Source: Gemmatimonadota bacterium (GTDB taxonomy: Bacteria; Gemmatimonadota; Gemmatimonadetes; Longimicrobiales; Gaopeijiaceae). Taken from it: a DNA stretch of 42,888 nucleotides. Positions 9,542 through 18,430 of the stretch are shown in pieces (within the stretch, counting starts at the first letter, position 1; each line of letters begins with the position of its first letter). Below the pieces are notes generated by a model that did no database searches, had not been told where the DNA came from, and saw only the letters and a list, made by a program, of their open reading frames with translations. Made by a program: the position numbers and the translations under genes. The DNA lies in the NCBI GenBank assembly GCA_030550695.1, contig JAUQOX010000001.1:1-42888 (forward strand), read 5' to 3'.

Positions 9542-11995
9542 GTGGCATTGCCAGGGTTCCTACTCCGAAATGGCCGGCTGCTCTTGCTGGCCGTCAGCCT
9601 CAGCCTACCGGCAGGTGCGTTGCCTTGGGGAGGTGTGGGGGCCCAGGGCGCCCCCTCCCAGTCTGCCCCGGCCGTGGTTCGCGTGGACTCCATCGAAGTG
9701 GTGGGGAACTACAGGGTATCCACGGTGACCATTCTCGGCACATTGGGCTTTGAAGTCGGATCCGAGGTCACCTACCGAGATATCCAGAGGAGCATCAAGA
9801 TCCTCTACGCCACGGAGCAATTCGAGGACATCCAGGTCTGGGCCAGAGGGAGCGAGGGAGAACCGGTGGTTTTGGTCGTGGAGGTCAAGGAGTTCCCAGC
9901 CGTTCGCCGCCTGGCCATCCAAGGGCTGCAGCGGATCAACGAGAAAACGGTGAGGGATACCACCGGGCTCCAACCCAACCGGCCTTACTCCCCTGCCAAG
10001 GTTGCTCGGGCCAAAGCCTTCATTCGCGCCGAACTGGGCAAGAAGGGGGTGCCGTTTGCCCGAATCGAAGAGCGGATGGTGGAGGTAGAGGGCGAACGTG
10101 GGCGGGTGGATCTCTTCCTGGATGTGACCGAGGGAAACCGGGTGACCCTCGCTCAGATCGAGATCCGCGGCAACGATTTCCTTGGGGACGGAGAGATCCT
10201 GGATGCCCTCAAGACCAGTAAGGAAGGTTTCTGGTGGTTCCAGAGCGGCCGGTATGATGCTGATCTGGTCCAAAAGGACCTGGAGGAATCCATCCCGAAG
10301 CTCTATCGAAGCCGGGGCTTCCTGGATTTACGGGTGCTTGGGGATACCTTGATCGTGGACCCCGAGACCGGAAAGGCACGCCTGGAAGTGGCCCTCGAGG
10401 AGGGCCCACGGTACCGTCTGGCCGAGTTTCGGGTCGAGGGGAACCGACGGTTCTCCACGGACGAGGTTCAGCGCTTCTTCCGCCTCGAGGAGGGAGGCCT
10501 GTTTCGGACCCTCGGGTTGGGTCGGCGGGAGGGAGAAGAAAGAAGGCCGGTCTTCAACGGGGTCGCCTTCGACGATGCCGCGCAACGCCTCCGCCAAGCC
10601 TACAACGACGAGGGGTACATCTGGGCCCAGATCGAGCCGTGGGTGGAAGTGCTGGAGGAAAGGGCGCAGGATGGATCGCGACTGCTCCGGGCCGGCTGGC
10701 GCATCGTGGAGAACAACCCCGCCTATGTGAACCGGGTGTCCATTGCAGGAAATGAGTATACCCATGAGCGGGTCATCCGGGAGAAGATCTTCATCCTGCC
10801 CGGGGACGTCTACAGCCAAAGCCGCTTGATCTCCAGTTATCAAAGCATCGCTTCCTTGGGATTCTTCGAAACCCCCCTCCCGCAACCCGACATCGAGCCG
10901 GATCCGACCACCGGCGACGTGAACATCACGTTCCACGTCAAAGAGAAGCAGACGGGATCCATCAACTTCGGTTCGGCGGTCGGTGGAGGGACGGGGTTGT
11001 CGGGGTTCCTGGGATATGACCAGCCGAATCTTTTCGGACAAGCCAAAGAAGGGCATTTGCGCTGGGATTTCGGCCGCTACATCAATAGTTTCACCTTTTC
11101 CTACTCCGACCCGGCTCTCTTCGAATCCCAGGTGAGCGGGACTCTGTCCATTTTCAACGCCCGCGATCGGTTTTTCCAGTTCCGCACCGGTCGGAGGAAG
11201 CGCGTGGGGTTCAGCCTCCAATTCGGGTTCCCCGTCCCTTGGTCCTTACGCACCCGCCTGTTCGCGGGCTACAGCCTCTCCCGGACGGAGTACCGCCTCT
11301 TCCAGGACGTGGACGACACCTCCCTCTTCGGGCTTCCGCCCGGTACCCAGAGCACGCTGTCCCTCGGAGTCACCCGGAGCAGCTTGAACCATCCCCTTTT
11401 CCCCACCGCGGGGTCCCGCCTTAGCTGGAGCACCGAATTCAACGGAGGGGTCCTGGGAGGCGACGGGGACTTCCTCCGACACCTGGCGGACGCTTCGTGG
11501 TATGTTCCGGTCGGCCGCCTCGGGGGCCGGCAGCCGGGCTCCCGGCCGGTCCAGCTTACCCTCGGACTTACCGTCCGGGCGGGGGCGGTTTTTGGAAACG
11601 TGGAGCGTTTCCCCTTCGACCGTTTTTGGATGGGGGGCGTCCAGTTCGGGCAGCAACTCAGGGGATACGACGAGACCTCCATCACGCCGCTGGGGTACTA
11701 CCCCGAGGGTTCCCGGGACCTGGCGGACATCCAGCGGCTGGGCAACGCCTATCTTTCCGCCACCGCTGAGTATGCCGTTCGCCTCAACGACAACATTTCC
11801 CTTTCGCTGTTCATGGATGCGGGTAACCTCTGGGCAGACCCCAGGCATATGGATCCCAGCCGGCTCTATCGAGGGGCAGGAATTGGAATCCAGTTGGTGA
11901 CGCCCTTCGGTCCATTGGGGCTGGATTACGCGTATGGTTTCGACAAGTCGAGGCCGGGTTGGCAATTCCATTTCCGCATGGGGCCGGGATTCTGA
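9542..11995 (+). CDS. bamA: Outer membrane protein assembly factor BamA (Omp85 family)
   Basis: The GTG start lies 2 nt after the clpC stop. It has a signal-peptide-like N-terminus, POTRA-type repeats (IEVVGNYRVS..., IAIQGLQRINEKTV..., IEIRGNDFL..., FRVEGNRRFS..., VSIAGNEYT...) and a C-terminal beta-barrel ending in the aromatic GWQFHFRMGPGF. Confidence 0.92.
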   Translation: MALPGFLLRNGRLLLLAVSLSLPAGALPWGGVGAQGAPSQSAPAVVRVDSIEVVGNYRVSTVTILGTLGFEVGSEVTYRDIQRSIKILYATEQFEDIQVWARGSEGEPVVLVVEVKEFPAVRRLAIQGLQRINEKTVRDTTGLQPNRPYSPAKVARAKAFIRAELGKKGVPFARIEERMVEVEGERGRVDLFLDVTEGNRVTLAQIEIRGNDFLGDGEILDALKTSKEGFWWFQSGRYDADLVQKDLEESIPKLYRSRGFLDLRVLGDTLIVDPETGKARLEVALEEGPRYRLAEFRVEGNRRFSTDEVQRFFRLEEGGLFRTLGLGRREGEERRPVFNGVAFDDAAQRLRQAYNDEGYIWAQIEPWVEVLEERAQDGSRLLRAGWRIVENNPAYVNRVSIAGNEYTHERVIREKIFILPGDVYSQSRLISSYQSIASLGFFETPLPQPDIEPDPTTGDVNITFHVKEKQTGSINFGSAVGGGTGLSGFLGYDQPNLFGQAKEGHLRWDFGRYINSFTFSYSDPALFESQVSGTLSIFNARDRFFQFRTGRRKRVGFSLQFGFPVPWSLRTRLFAGYSLSRTEYRLFQDVDDTSLFGLPPGTQSTLSLGVTRSSLNHPLFPTAGSRLSWSTEFNGGVLGGDGDFLRHLADASWYVPVGRLGGRQPGSRPVQLTLGLTVRAGAVFGNVERFPFDRFWMGGVQFGQQLRGYDETSITPLGYYPEGSRDLADIQRLGNAYLSATAEYAVRLNDNISLSLFMDAGNLWADPRHMDPSRLYRGAGIGIQLVTPFGPLGLDYAYGFDKSRPGWQFHFRMGPGF

Positions 11996-12065
11996 GATCG
12001 GCGGAGGCGACTCCAGCCGCCTGTCGGGAGTCCTTTGCCCCACCAAACCAAGGGAGAGAGCGCCG

Positions 12066-12620
12066 ATGCGTGCCGCGTGGATTGCAGTGGGGCTTGTTTT
12101 GGGGCTGGGGCAAGTGGGTTCCCTTCGGGCCCAGGCCGTGGTCAAGTTGGGGTATATCGATTCCCAGGCGATCCTCGCCCAGGATCCTGCCGCCCGGCAG
12201 GCCCAGGCCCAGTTTGAAGCCGACATGAACCGCTACCGGGCCGAGGTGCAGCAGCTGGGGGAGCAACTTCAGCGCCTGATTCAGCAGTACGAGCAGCAAC
12301 AGGCCATGCTGTCCGAAGCCGCCAAGGCGAACCGCCAAGAGGAGATCCGCCTCAAGCAGAATCAGTACCAGCAGCGCATCACCGAGCTGGAACAACAGGC
12401 AGGCCAGCGCCAGGCGGAGCTGGTGGAGCCGGTCATGCAGAGGATCAACCAGGTGATCGAGCAGATCCGGGCGGAGGGGAACTATTCCATAATTTTTGAT
12501 GTGGCCGCCCAAGGCATTATCGCGGCGGACCCCGCGTTGGATCTGACCCAGGAGGTGATCCGGCGTCTCAAGGCTCTCCCGGCCCAGGGCACGCCGTCGT
12601 CGGGGCCGGTACGGCGTTAG
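12066..12620 (+). CDS. skp: OmpH/Skp family periplasmic chaperone
   Basis: It has a signal peptide (MRAAWIAVGLVLGLGQVGSLRAQA), a Gln/Glu/Arg-rich coiled-coil core and the typical KLGYIDSQAIL start of the mature protein. The ATG at 12066 follows AAGGGAGAG. It sits between bamA and lpxD as in many diderms. Confidence 0.88.
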   Translation: MRAAWIAVGLVLGLGQVGSLRAQAVVKLGYIDSQAILAQDPAARQAQAQFEADMNRYRAEVQQLGEQLQRLIQQYEQQQAMLSEAAKANRQEEIRLKQNQYQQRITELEQQAGQRQAELVEPVMQRINQVIEQIRAEGNYSIIFDVAAQGIIAADPALDLTQEVIRRLKALPAQGTPSSGPVRR

Positions 12621-12815
12621 ATCCGGCAAACCATGCGAGCTCGGGCCCGTGGGTGTCCTCAAAAGGACCCCATGGGCCTTGCTGTTGCTCCGGGGAGCTG
12701 TCCGTCCTTCCCTCGAAGATCCCGGACCGGGGGGTGAGGGGGGAGGCTGCCGTCGGTTTCCCCGCCGTGGTATGAAGGTGCCAGGACCCTTCCGGTAACG
12801 GAGGATCAAAGTCCC

Positions 12816-13913
12816 ATGAGAACGGAAGCATCGGCCGGAACCGGCGCTTTCCCCACCCTCACCCTCCGAGAGGTGGCGGAAACGGTAGGGGGAGACGTAG
12901 AGGGCGAAGCGTCTCTTCGGGTCAGGGGGGTGGCCCCCCTGGAGGAAGCTGGGCCGGGGGACCTGGCTTTCCTGGCCGACCGGCGTTACCTGAGGTTCGT
13001 GGAGGGCTGCCGGGCCCAAGCGATTTTGGTCACCCGCGAACTGGCGCCTTTCACCGGGGCCTTCCAAGGAAGGGTGGTGGTTACGGATGGCCACCAAGCC
13101 CTGGCGCGACTGCTACGACACCTGTTTCCACCGCCCCCCCCCAAGCCGGGAATCCACCCTACCGCGGTGGTGGCCTCCACGGCCCGTTTGGGTCAGGGTG
13201 TGGCCGTAGGCCCCTACGCGGTGGTGGAGGAGGAGGTGGTGGTGGGCGAAAGGGTGAGCATTGCCGCCCACTGCGTCTTGGGGCGAGGAAGCCAGGTGGG
13301 GGACGACTCGGTGCTCCATCCCCACGTGGTTCTCTACCCCGGTGTCAGAGTGGGGAAACGAGTCATCCTCCATGCGGGAGTGCGCCTCGGAGTGGATGGC
13401 TTCGGATACGTTCCCGGCCCTGAGGGCCCTGTGAAAGTACCCCAGATCGGGGGTTGCGTGGTGGAAGACGACGTGGAGATGGGAGCCAACACCTGTGTGG
13501 ACCGGGGGTCCATCGGGCGGACGGTGGTGGGGCGGGGTACCAAGCTGGACAATCTGGTGCATCTGGCCCATAACGTGCGGATCGGACGCCGCGTGCTCAT
13601 GGCAGCCATGGTCGGGGTGGCTGGTTCGAGTCGGGTGGGGGATGACGTCCAGATGGGTGGGCAAGCCGGGGTGGCCGGTCACGTGGAAGTGGGTCCGGGG
13701 GCCCGGCTGGCGGCTCAGGCCGGGGTCATCGGAGACATCCCTCCAGGAGAGACGGTCTCGGGTTTTCCTGCCCGAAATCACCGGGAGTTTTTCAGGGCCA
13801 TGGGACACCTTTTCCGGATGGAGGATCTCCTGAGCCGGTTGAAGAGGCTGGAATCGCGCTGCGCGGCCGTGGAAGAAAAGTTGGGGGGAAGGGGCGGCAA
13901 GGATTTGCGATGA
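12816..13913 (+). CDS. lpxD: UDP-3-O-acylglucosamine N-acyltransferase LpxD
   Basis: It has an N-terminal LpxD uridine-binding-type domain (LAFLADRRYLRF) followed by long hexapeptide (left-handed beta-helix) repeats and a C-terminal helix. Confidence 0.92.
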   Translation: MRTEASAGTGAFPTLTLREVAETVGGDVEGEASLRVRGVAPLEEAGPGDLAFLADRRYLRFVEGCRAQAILVTRELAPFTGAFQGRVVVTDGHQALARLLRHLFPPPPPKPGIHPTAVVASTARLGQGVAVGPYAVVEEEVVVGERVSIAAHCVLGRGSQVGDDSVLHPHVVLYPGVRVGKRVILHAGVRLGVDGFGYVPGPEGPVKVPQIGGCVVEDDVEMGANTCVDRGSIGRTVVGRGTKLDNLVHLAHNVRIGRRVLMAAMVGVAGSSRVGDDVQMGGQAGVAGHVEVGPGARLAAQAGVIGDIPPGETVSGFPARNHREFFRAMGHLFRMEDLLSRLKRLESRCAAVEEKLGGRGGKDLR

Positions 13914-14018
13914 CAGAAAACCATTCGGCATGTTAGGTTATATCCCTTTCAGGCCCGTATCACCTCCCTCCGGTCCGGGAGAGGACGACAAGGACAACCC
14001 AGGAGAGGTTGTTGCCGA

Positions 14019-15305
14019 ATGAACCATCCACCTCAAAGGACTCTTGCGAAGAGTGTGCAATTGGAAGGCCTGGGAGTGCACACGGGGGTATTCTCCAGGC
14101 TGTCCATCCTGCCGGCTGAAGTGGGTAGCGGGATCCGGATCCGTCGGCTGGACCTGCCCGGGACGGCGGCTTTTCCGGTGGATCTGGCTCACGTCCGGGA
14201 AACCGAGCTGGGAACCACCGTGGGGGAAGGTGAGGTCACCGTAAGGACGGTGGAACACGCCATGGCGGCCTTGTCGGCCTGGGGAATCGACAATGCCTTG
14301 TTGGACCTGGACGGGCCGGAGCTGCCCATCCTGGACGGGAGCTTCCAGGGATATTTCGAAGCGTTGGCGGGTGCCGGAGTGCAGGAGCAGGAGGCCCCCA
14401 AACGGATCGTTCGGCTGCGGGAGCCGGTCACCGTCAGCTTGGAGACCGGCGAATTCTATGTGGCTTCTCCCAGCGAGGAGTTTCGCATTTCCGCGACCAT
14501 CCATTTCCCGCACCCTGCCATCGGAAGCCAGTTCGGGACGTATTCTGTCCGGGAAGAGGCCTTCGGCAGGGAGTTGGCCCCCGCGCGGACCTTCGGGTTC
14601 CAGAGCGACGTGGAAAGTCTCCGGGCCCGGGGGATGGCTCTCGGGGCGTCCTTCGAAAACACCCTCGTTTTGGGTGATGAAGGAGTCCTCAACGGTCCGT
14701 TACGGTTCCCCGACGAGTTTCTGCGCCACAAAGTGGGGGACGTCGTGGGCGACCTCGCCCTTCTGGGTGGGAGCCTAAAGCTCCACGTAGTGGCGGAGAG
14801 GCCCAGTCACAAGGGGAACATCGCGCTGGGCCGAGCCATCGAGAAGGCCGTCGGTCGGGAGTCCGGGGCCCCCATCGTGGACATCCAGAAGATCATGGAA
14901 TACCTCCCCCACCGCTTCCCCATGCTCCTGGTGGACCGCATCGTGGAGGTGGAGTCCGGCAGGCGGATCGTGGGGATCAAGAACGTCACCATCAACGAAC
15001 CCTTCTTCCAGGGGCATTTTCCGGGCCATCCCATCATGCCCGGGGTTTTGATCATCGAGGCCATGGGTCAGGTCGGTGGCCTGCTCCTGATGGATGCGGT
15101 GGAAAAGCCTGAGAACTATGTGGTCTATTTCATGGCCTTGGACAACGTCCGCTGGCGCCGGCCGGTGGTCCCGGGAGACCAGATCGTCTTCGAGCTGGAG
15201 ATGCTCCAGTTCCGGCGGCACGTTTGCAAGATGAGGGGGAGAGGTTTCGTGGACGGACATCTCGTGGCAGAGGCGGAGCTGATGGCCCGCATCGTGGAAC
15301 GATGA
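14019..15305 (+). CDS. lpxC/fabZ: Bifunctional UDP-3-O-acyl-GlcNAc deacetylase / 3-hydroxyacyl-ACP dehydratase (LpxC-FabZ fusion)
   Basis: The N-terminal ~280 aa are LpxC-like (TVEHAMAAL, FLRHKVGDVVGDLAL). The C-terminal ~145 aa are FabZ hot-dog (LPHRFPMLLVDRI, FFQGHFPGHPIMPGVLIIEAMGQ). It is one uninterrupted 428-aa frame. Confidence 0.92.
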   Translation: MNHPPQRTLAKSVQLEGLGVHTGVFSRLSILPAEVGSGIRIRRLDLPGTAAFPVDLAHVRETELGTTVGEGEVTVRTVEHAMAALSAWGIDNALLDLDGPELPILDGSFQGYFEALAGAGVQEQEAPKRIVRLREPVTVSLETGEFYVASPSEEFRISATIHFPHPAIGSQFGTYSVREEAFGRELAPARTFGFQSDVESLRARGMALGASFENTLVLGDEGVLNGPLRFPDEFLRHKVGDVVGDLALLGGSLKLHVVAERPSHKGNIALGRAIEKAVGRESGAPIVDIQKIMEYLPHRFPMLLVDRIVEVESGRRIVGIKNVTINEPFFQGHFPGHPIMPGVLIIEAMGQVGGLLLMDAVEKPENYVVYFMALDNVRWRRPVVPGDQIVFELEMLQFRRHVCKMRGRGFVDGHLVAEAELMARIVER

Positions 15306-16120
15306 GTCGGGTGCGGGCGGATTCGGCGGAGAGCGTGGAGGTTCGTATCCACGCCACGGCACTGGTGGACGAGACCGCGGAGCTGGGGGTGGGCGTGGAG
15401 ATCGGCCCTTGGTCCATCGTGGGTCCCAAGGTCCGCATCGGAGACGGCACACGGATCGGATCCCAAGTGCTGATCGAGCGGAATACGGTGGTGGGGACCG
15501 GTTGCCGGATCCATCATGGAGCGGTTCTGGGCACGGATCCCCAGGACCTGAAATTCAAAGGGGAAGAAACGTTTCTGGTGGTGGGGGACCGGACCACGAT
15601 CCGGGAGTACGCTACGCTGAATCGAGGTACCTCCTATTCGGGCGAAACCAGGATCGGCAACGACTGTTATCTGATGGCCTACAGCCACGTGGCCCACGAC
15701 TGTCATCTCGGGAACGGCGTCATCTTGGCCAATGCGGTGAACATGGGTGGACATGTGAGCATCGGGGATTGGGTGGTGGTAGGAGGGCTCACGGCCATTC
15801 ATCAGTTTGTGCGGATCGGGGCCCATGCCATGGTGGGTGGGGCTTCCAGGGCCGCCCAGGATGTGCCTCCCTATACGAAGGCGGCAGGAAGTCCCATGAA
15901 GCTCTACGGCCTGAATACGGTGGGCCTCGTGCGGAGAGGCTTCTCACCCGAGCTTCGCCAGGCCTTGCGAAAGGCTTATCGCTTGGTTTTCCGGACCGCC
16001 CTTCCTCTGAGTCAGGCCGTGGCCATGGCCGAAGCGCAGGAGGAGTTCAAGGCCTTTCCGGAAGTCCTTCACTTCCTTGCCTTCTTCAGGAACAGCAAGA
16101 GGGGCATCACCGCCGCATGA
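15302..16120 (+). CDS. lpxA: Acyl-ACP--UDP-GlcNAc O-acyltransferase LpxA
   Basis: Hexapeptide repeats are followed by the LpxA C-terminal helical domain (GLNTVGLVRRGFSPE...LRKAYRLVF). The ATG at 15302 overlaps the lpxC-fabZ stop (ATGA). The track ORF from 15224 is an upstream extension. Confidence 0.92.
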   Translation: MSRVRADSAESVEVRIHATALVDETAELGVGVEIGPWSIVGPKVRIGDGTRIGSQVLIERNTVVGTGCRIHHGAVLGTDPQDLKFKGEETFLVVGDRTTIREYATLNRGTSYSGETRIGNDCYLMAYSHVAHDCHLGNGVILANAVNMGGHVSIGDWVVVGGLTAIHQFVRIGAHAMVGGASRAAQDVPPYTKAAGSPMKLYGLNTVGLVRRGFSPELRQALRKAYRLVFRTALPLSQAVAMAEAQEEFKAFPEVLHFLAFFRNSKRGITAA

Positions 16121-17130
16121 CTGCCAGTTCGAACAGCCTCCGGGTAGGCGTGGTGGGCGTCGGGAGCCTGGGATTCCACCATGCCCGGATCCTCCGTACC
16201 CTTCCCGAGGTCCACCTGGCAGGCATCTTCGACATCCGGAAGGACCGCCTCCAGGAGGTAGCCAGTCAGTTGGAGGTGGAGGCAGCCGAGAGCCTGCAGG
16301 CCCTCCTGGACGGCGTGGACGCCGTGGTGGTAGCCACCCCGACCGTTGCCCATGAGGAGGTGGCGGTGGCGGCCCTTACCCGGGGGATTCACGTCCTGGT
16401 GGAAAAGCCCCTGGCGCCGGAGTTGGAGGCCGCCGATCGGATTTTGGCCGCCGCGGCCCAAGGGGCGGCCCTGGTCCAGGTGGGTCACGTGGAACGTTTC
16501 AACCCGGCCTTGCAGGCTGCGGCCCCCTACCTCGACAACCCTCTGTTCATCGAATCCCACCGGTTGGCTCCATTCGCTCCCCGGAGCACGGATGTGCCCG
16601 TGGTGTTGGATCTCATGATCCATGACGTGGATCTGGTACGGACCTTGGTGGGCCGACCGGTGCAGGAGATTCAGGCCGCCGGCATCGCCGTCCTCACCCC
16701 CCATGTGGACATCGCCAACGCCCGCCTGACCTTTCAGGGCGGGCCGGTGGCCAATCTGACCGCCAGCCGTGTGTCCGTGGAGCGTATGCGCAAACTTCGC
16801 ATCTTCCAACCCACCGGCTATTTGAGCCTCAACCTGGCCGAGGGAACCGGGGAATTCCTGCGATTGAAAAGCGAATTGCCGGTCTGGGGGGGCGGGGATC
16901 CCGTTCCCGAAGCGTTGGGTGGGGCTGGGGTGGAGGCCCTGGTGGAACGGATCCCCCTCAGGGGTGAGGGGGTGGAGCCCCTGAGGCTGGAATTGGAAAG
17001 CTTCCGGGATGCCTGCTTGGGGCGAAGGCCGCCCGCGGTGTCGGGACGGGATGGGCGAGAGGCCTTGGCCCTCAGTCTGGCCATCGAGGAAAGGATCCGC
17101 TCCCATGTCGCTCATTCGCATCCGTCGTAA
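16117..17130 (+). CDS. Gfo/Idh/MocA family NAD(P)-dependent oxidoreductase (possible UDP-GlcNAc 3-dehydrogenase GnnA-like)
   Basis: It has an N-terminal Rossmann motif (LRVGVVGVGSLGFHHA) and the family EKP motif (VLVEKPLA). The ATG at 16117 overlaps the lpxA stop (ATGA). The track ORF 15409..17130 is the same frame extended across lpxA with junk sequence. Confidence 0.8.
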   Translation: MTASSNSLRVGVVGVGSLGFHHARILRTLPEVHLAGIFDIRKDRLQEVASQLEVEAAESLQALLDGVDAVVVATPTVAHEEVAVAALTRGIHVLVEKPLAPELEAADRILAAAAQGAALVQVGHVERFNPALQAAAPYLDNPLFIESHRLAPFAPRSTDVPVVLDLMIHDVDLVRTLVGRPVQEIQAAGIAVLTPHVDIANARLTFQGGPVANLTASRVSVERMRKLRIFQPTGYLSLNLAEGTGEFLRLKSELPVWGGGDPVPEALGGAGVEALVERIPLRGEGVEPLRLELESFRDACLGRRPPAVSGRDGREALALSLAIEERIRSHVAHSHPS

Positions 17131-17239
17131 GCGGAAACAGGAGTGGCTGGATATCAAGAAGGGCCTTGCCCCTAAGACGCTGTTGGTTCTGTTGGGCTTG
17201 GTCCTCCTCCTCATCTGGTATCTCGGCACCCGTTTCTAG
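17105..17239 (+). CDS. Putative 44-aa single-pass membrane micro-protein
   Basis: The product is MSLIRIRRKRKQEWLDIKKGLAPKTLLVLLGLVLLLIWYLGTRF, with a basic N-terminus and one hydrophobic helix. Third-position GC is high. It overlaps the oxidoreductase 3' end by 26 nt and ends 7 nt before lpxB. I recognise no homology. Confidence 0.4.
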   Translation: MSLIRIRRKRKQEWLDIKKGLAPKTLLVLLGLVLLLIWYLGTRF

Positions 17240-17245
17240 AGGCCC

Positions 17246-18430
17246 ATGGCCGTGCCAGGTCCGATGGTCCTCATGCTCGCGGGGGAGGAGTCCGGCGACC
17301 TCCACGGGAGCGCTGTCGCGCGAGCCCTCAAGGCCGCGCGTCCGGATCTCCGCTTGGTGGGTTTGGGGGGCAAACGGATGGAGGCAGCCGGGGTTCAGCT
17401 CCTGGCCACGGTGGACGAACTCGCCGTGATGGGCTTTGCGGAGGTTCTGCACCGACTTCCTTTTTTCTGGCGCCTGGAGAGCCGCCTGATCCGTCTTCTC
17501 GATCGGGAGGATGTGGGGCTCGTCATCCCCATCGATTACCCGGGCTTGAATCTCCGCGTGGCTCGAGCCGCGCGAAAGCGTCGAATTCCCGTACTTTACT
17601 ACATCGCCCCCCAAGTTTGGGCCTGGCGTCCGGGGAGGGCCCGGCGGCTTGCCCGGGACGCCAACCGGGTTGCGGTCATCCTGCCCTTCGAGGAAGAGTT
17701 TCTGCGCCGAAGAGGGGTTGCGGCCACCTTCGTAGGGCACCCGCTCCTGGACCAGGGAAGGGAGGTGCTGCCCCGGGAGGACTTTGCCCGCTCCGCCGGG
17801 CTGGATCCCCAAGAGCCCATTCTGGCTCTCTTCCCGGGCTCCCGGCGTCAGGAGTTGGCGCGGCACCTGCCTCTGTTCCGGGAAGCCGCCGGCCTGCTCC
17901 GGCAGAGGCTCCCGGGCCTCCAGGCTGTGGTGGCGCGGGCCCCCTCCGTCCCGGAGCATGAGCTTCAGCGGGCCGGCCTCTCGTGGGTGGAGGACGGTTG
18001 GGCCCTCCTGTGTCACGCACAGGCGGCTCTGGTGAAGTCCGGAACGGCGACCTTGGAGGCCACCCTTGCGGGGACCCCCATGGTCGCGGTCTACCGCACG
18101 GACCCCCTCACCTATTGGCTGGCCCGACGCCTGGTCACCGTGCCCCATGTGGCCCTGCCGAACCTGGTGGCAGGGCGAATGGTGGTCCCCGAAGTCCTTC
18201 AGAGGGAAGCCACGCCGGACCGCTTGGCGGAGCTCCTCCTCCCCCTCCTGGAAGGGGACTCCCCCGCACGCCGCCATCAGACCGCAGGCTTGGCCGAGGT
18301 CCGCCGGGCCCTGGGGGAAACAGGGGGAGGGGCGGCACCCAAGGTGGCTCGAATGGCGGTGGAACTCCTGGACGCTTCGCCAGGTCCGGCGCGCCGTGCC
18401 TCTCCCGTCGGTGGACAGGAGCATGGATAG
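17246..18430 (+). CDS. lpxB: Lipid-A-disaccharide synthase LpxB
   Basis: The N-terminus is typical (LAGEESGDLHGSAVARALK). Later motifs are YYIAPQVWAWRPGR, LFPGSRRQE and SGTATLEATLAGTPMVV-type. The product is 394 aa. Confidence 0.92.
   Translation: MAVPGPMVLMLAGEESGDLHGSAVARALKAARPDLRLVGLGGKRMEAAGVQLLATVDELAVMGFAEVLHRLPFFWRLESRLIRLLDREDVGLVIPIDYPGLNLRVARAARKRRIPVLYYIAPQVWAWRPGRARRLARDANRVAVILPFEEEFLRRRGVAATFVGHPLLDQGREVLPREDFARSAGLDPQEPILALFPGSRRQELARHLPLFREAAGLLRQRLPGLQAVVARAPSVPEHELQRAGLSWVEDGWALLCHAQAALVKSGTATLEATLAGTPMVAVYRTDPLTYWLARRLVTVPHVALPNLVAGRMVVPEVLQREATPDRLAELLLPLLEGDSPARRHQTAGLAEVRRALGETGGGAAPKVARMAVELLDASPGPARRASPVGGQEHG

Noticed and set aside
12621-12815. The 195-bp skp-lpxD gap, and likewise the 230-bp uvrC-TPR gap at 26177-26407, as a possible ncRNA or riboswitch.
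   Set aside because: I could not recognise any conserved RNA family motif (SRP, 6S, tmRNA, RNase P or common riboswitch cores), and only weak, short hairpins are present. The short ORFs there are Arg/Pro/Gly-rich. A covariance-model scan would be needed to say more.
15409-17130. Over-long track ORFs that suggest large N-terminal extensions or fusions: 15409-17130, 30972-32411, 18066-19100, 33124-34170, 19825-20706, 4583-5425, 6957-9539, 11934-12620, 22378-24228 and 39492-41630.
   Set aside because: The extensions run through the preceding gene in another frame and are compositionally junk. In each case a start codon overlapping or abutting the upstream stop (mostly ATGA) gives a product whose N-terminus matches the family.
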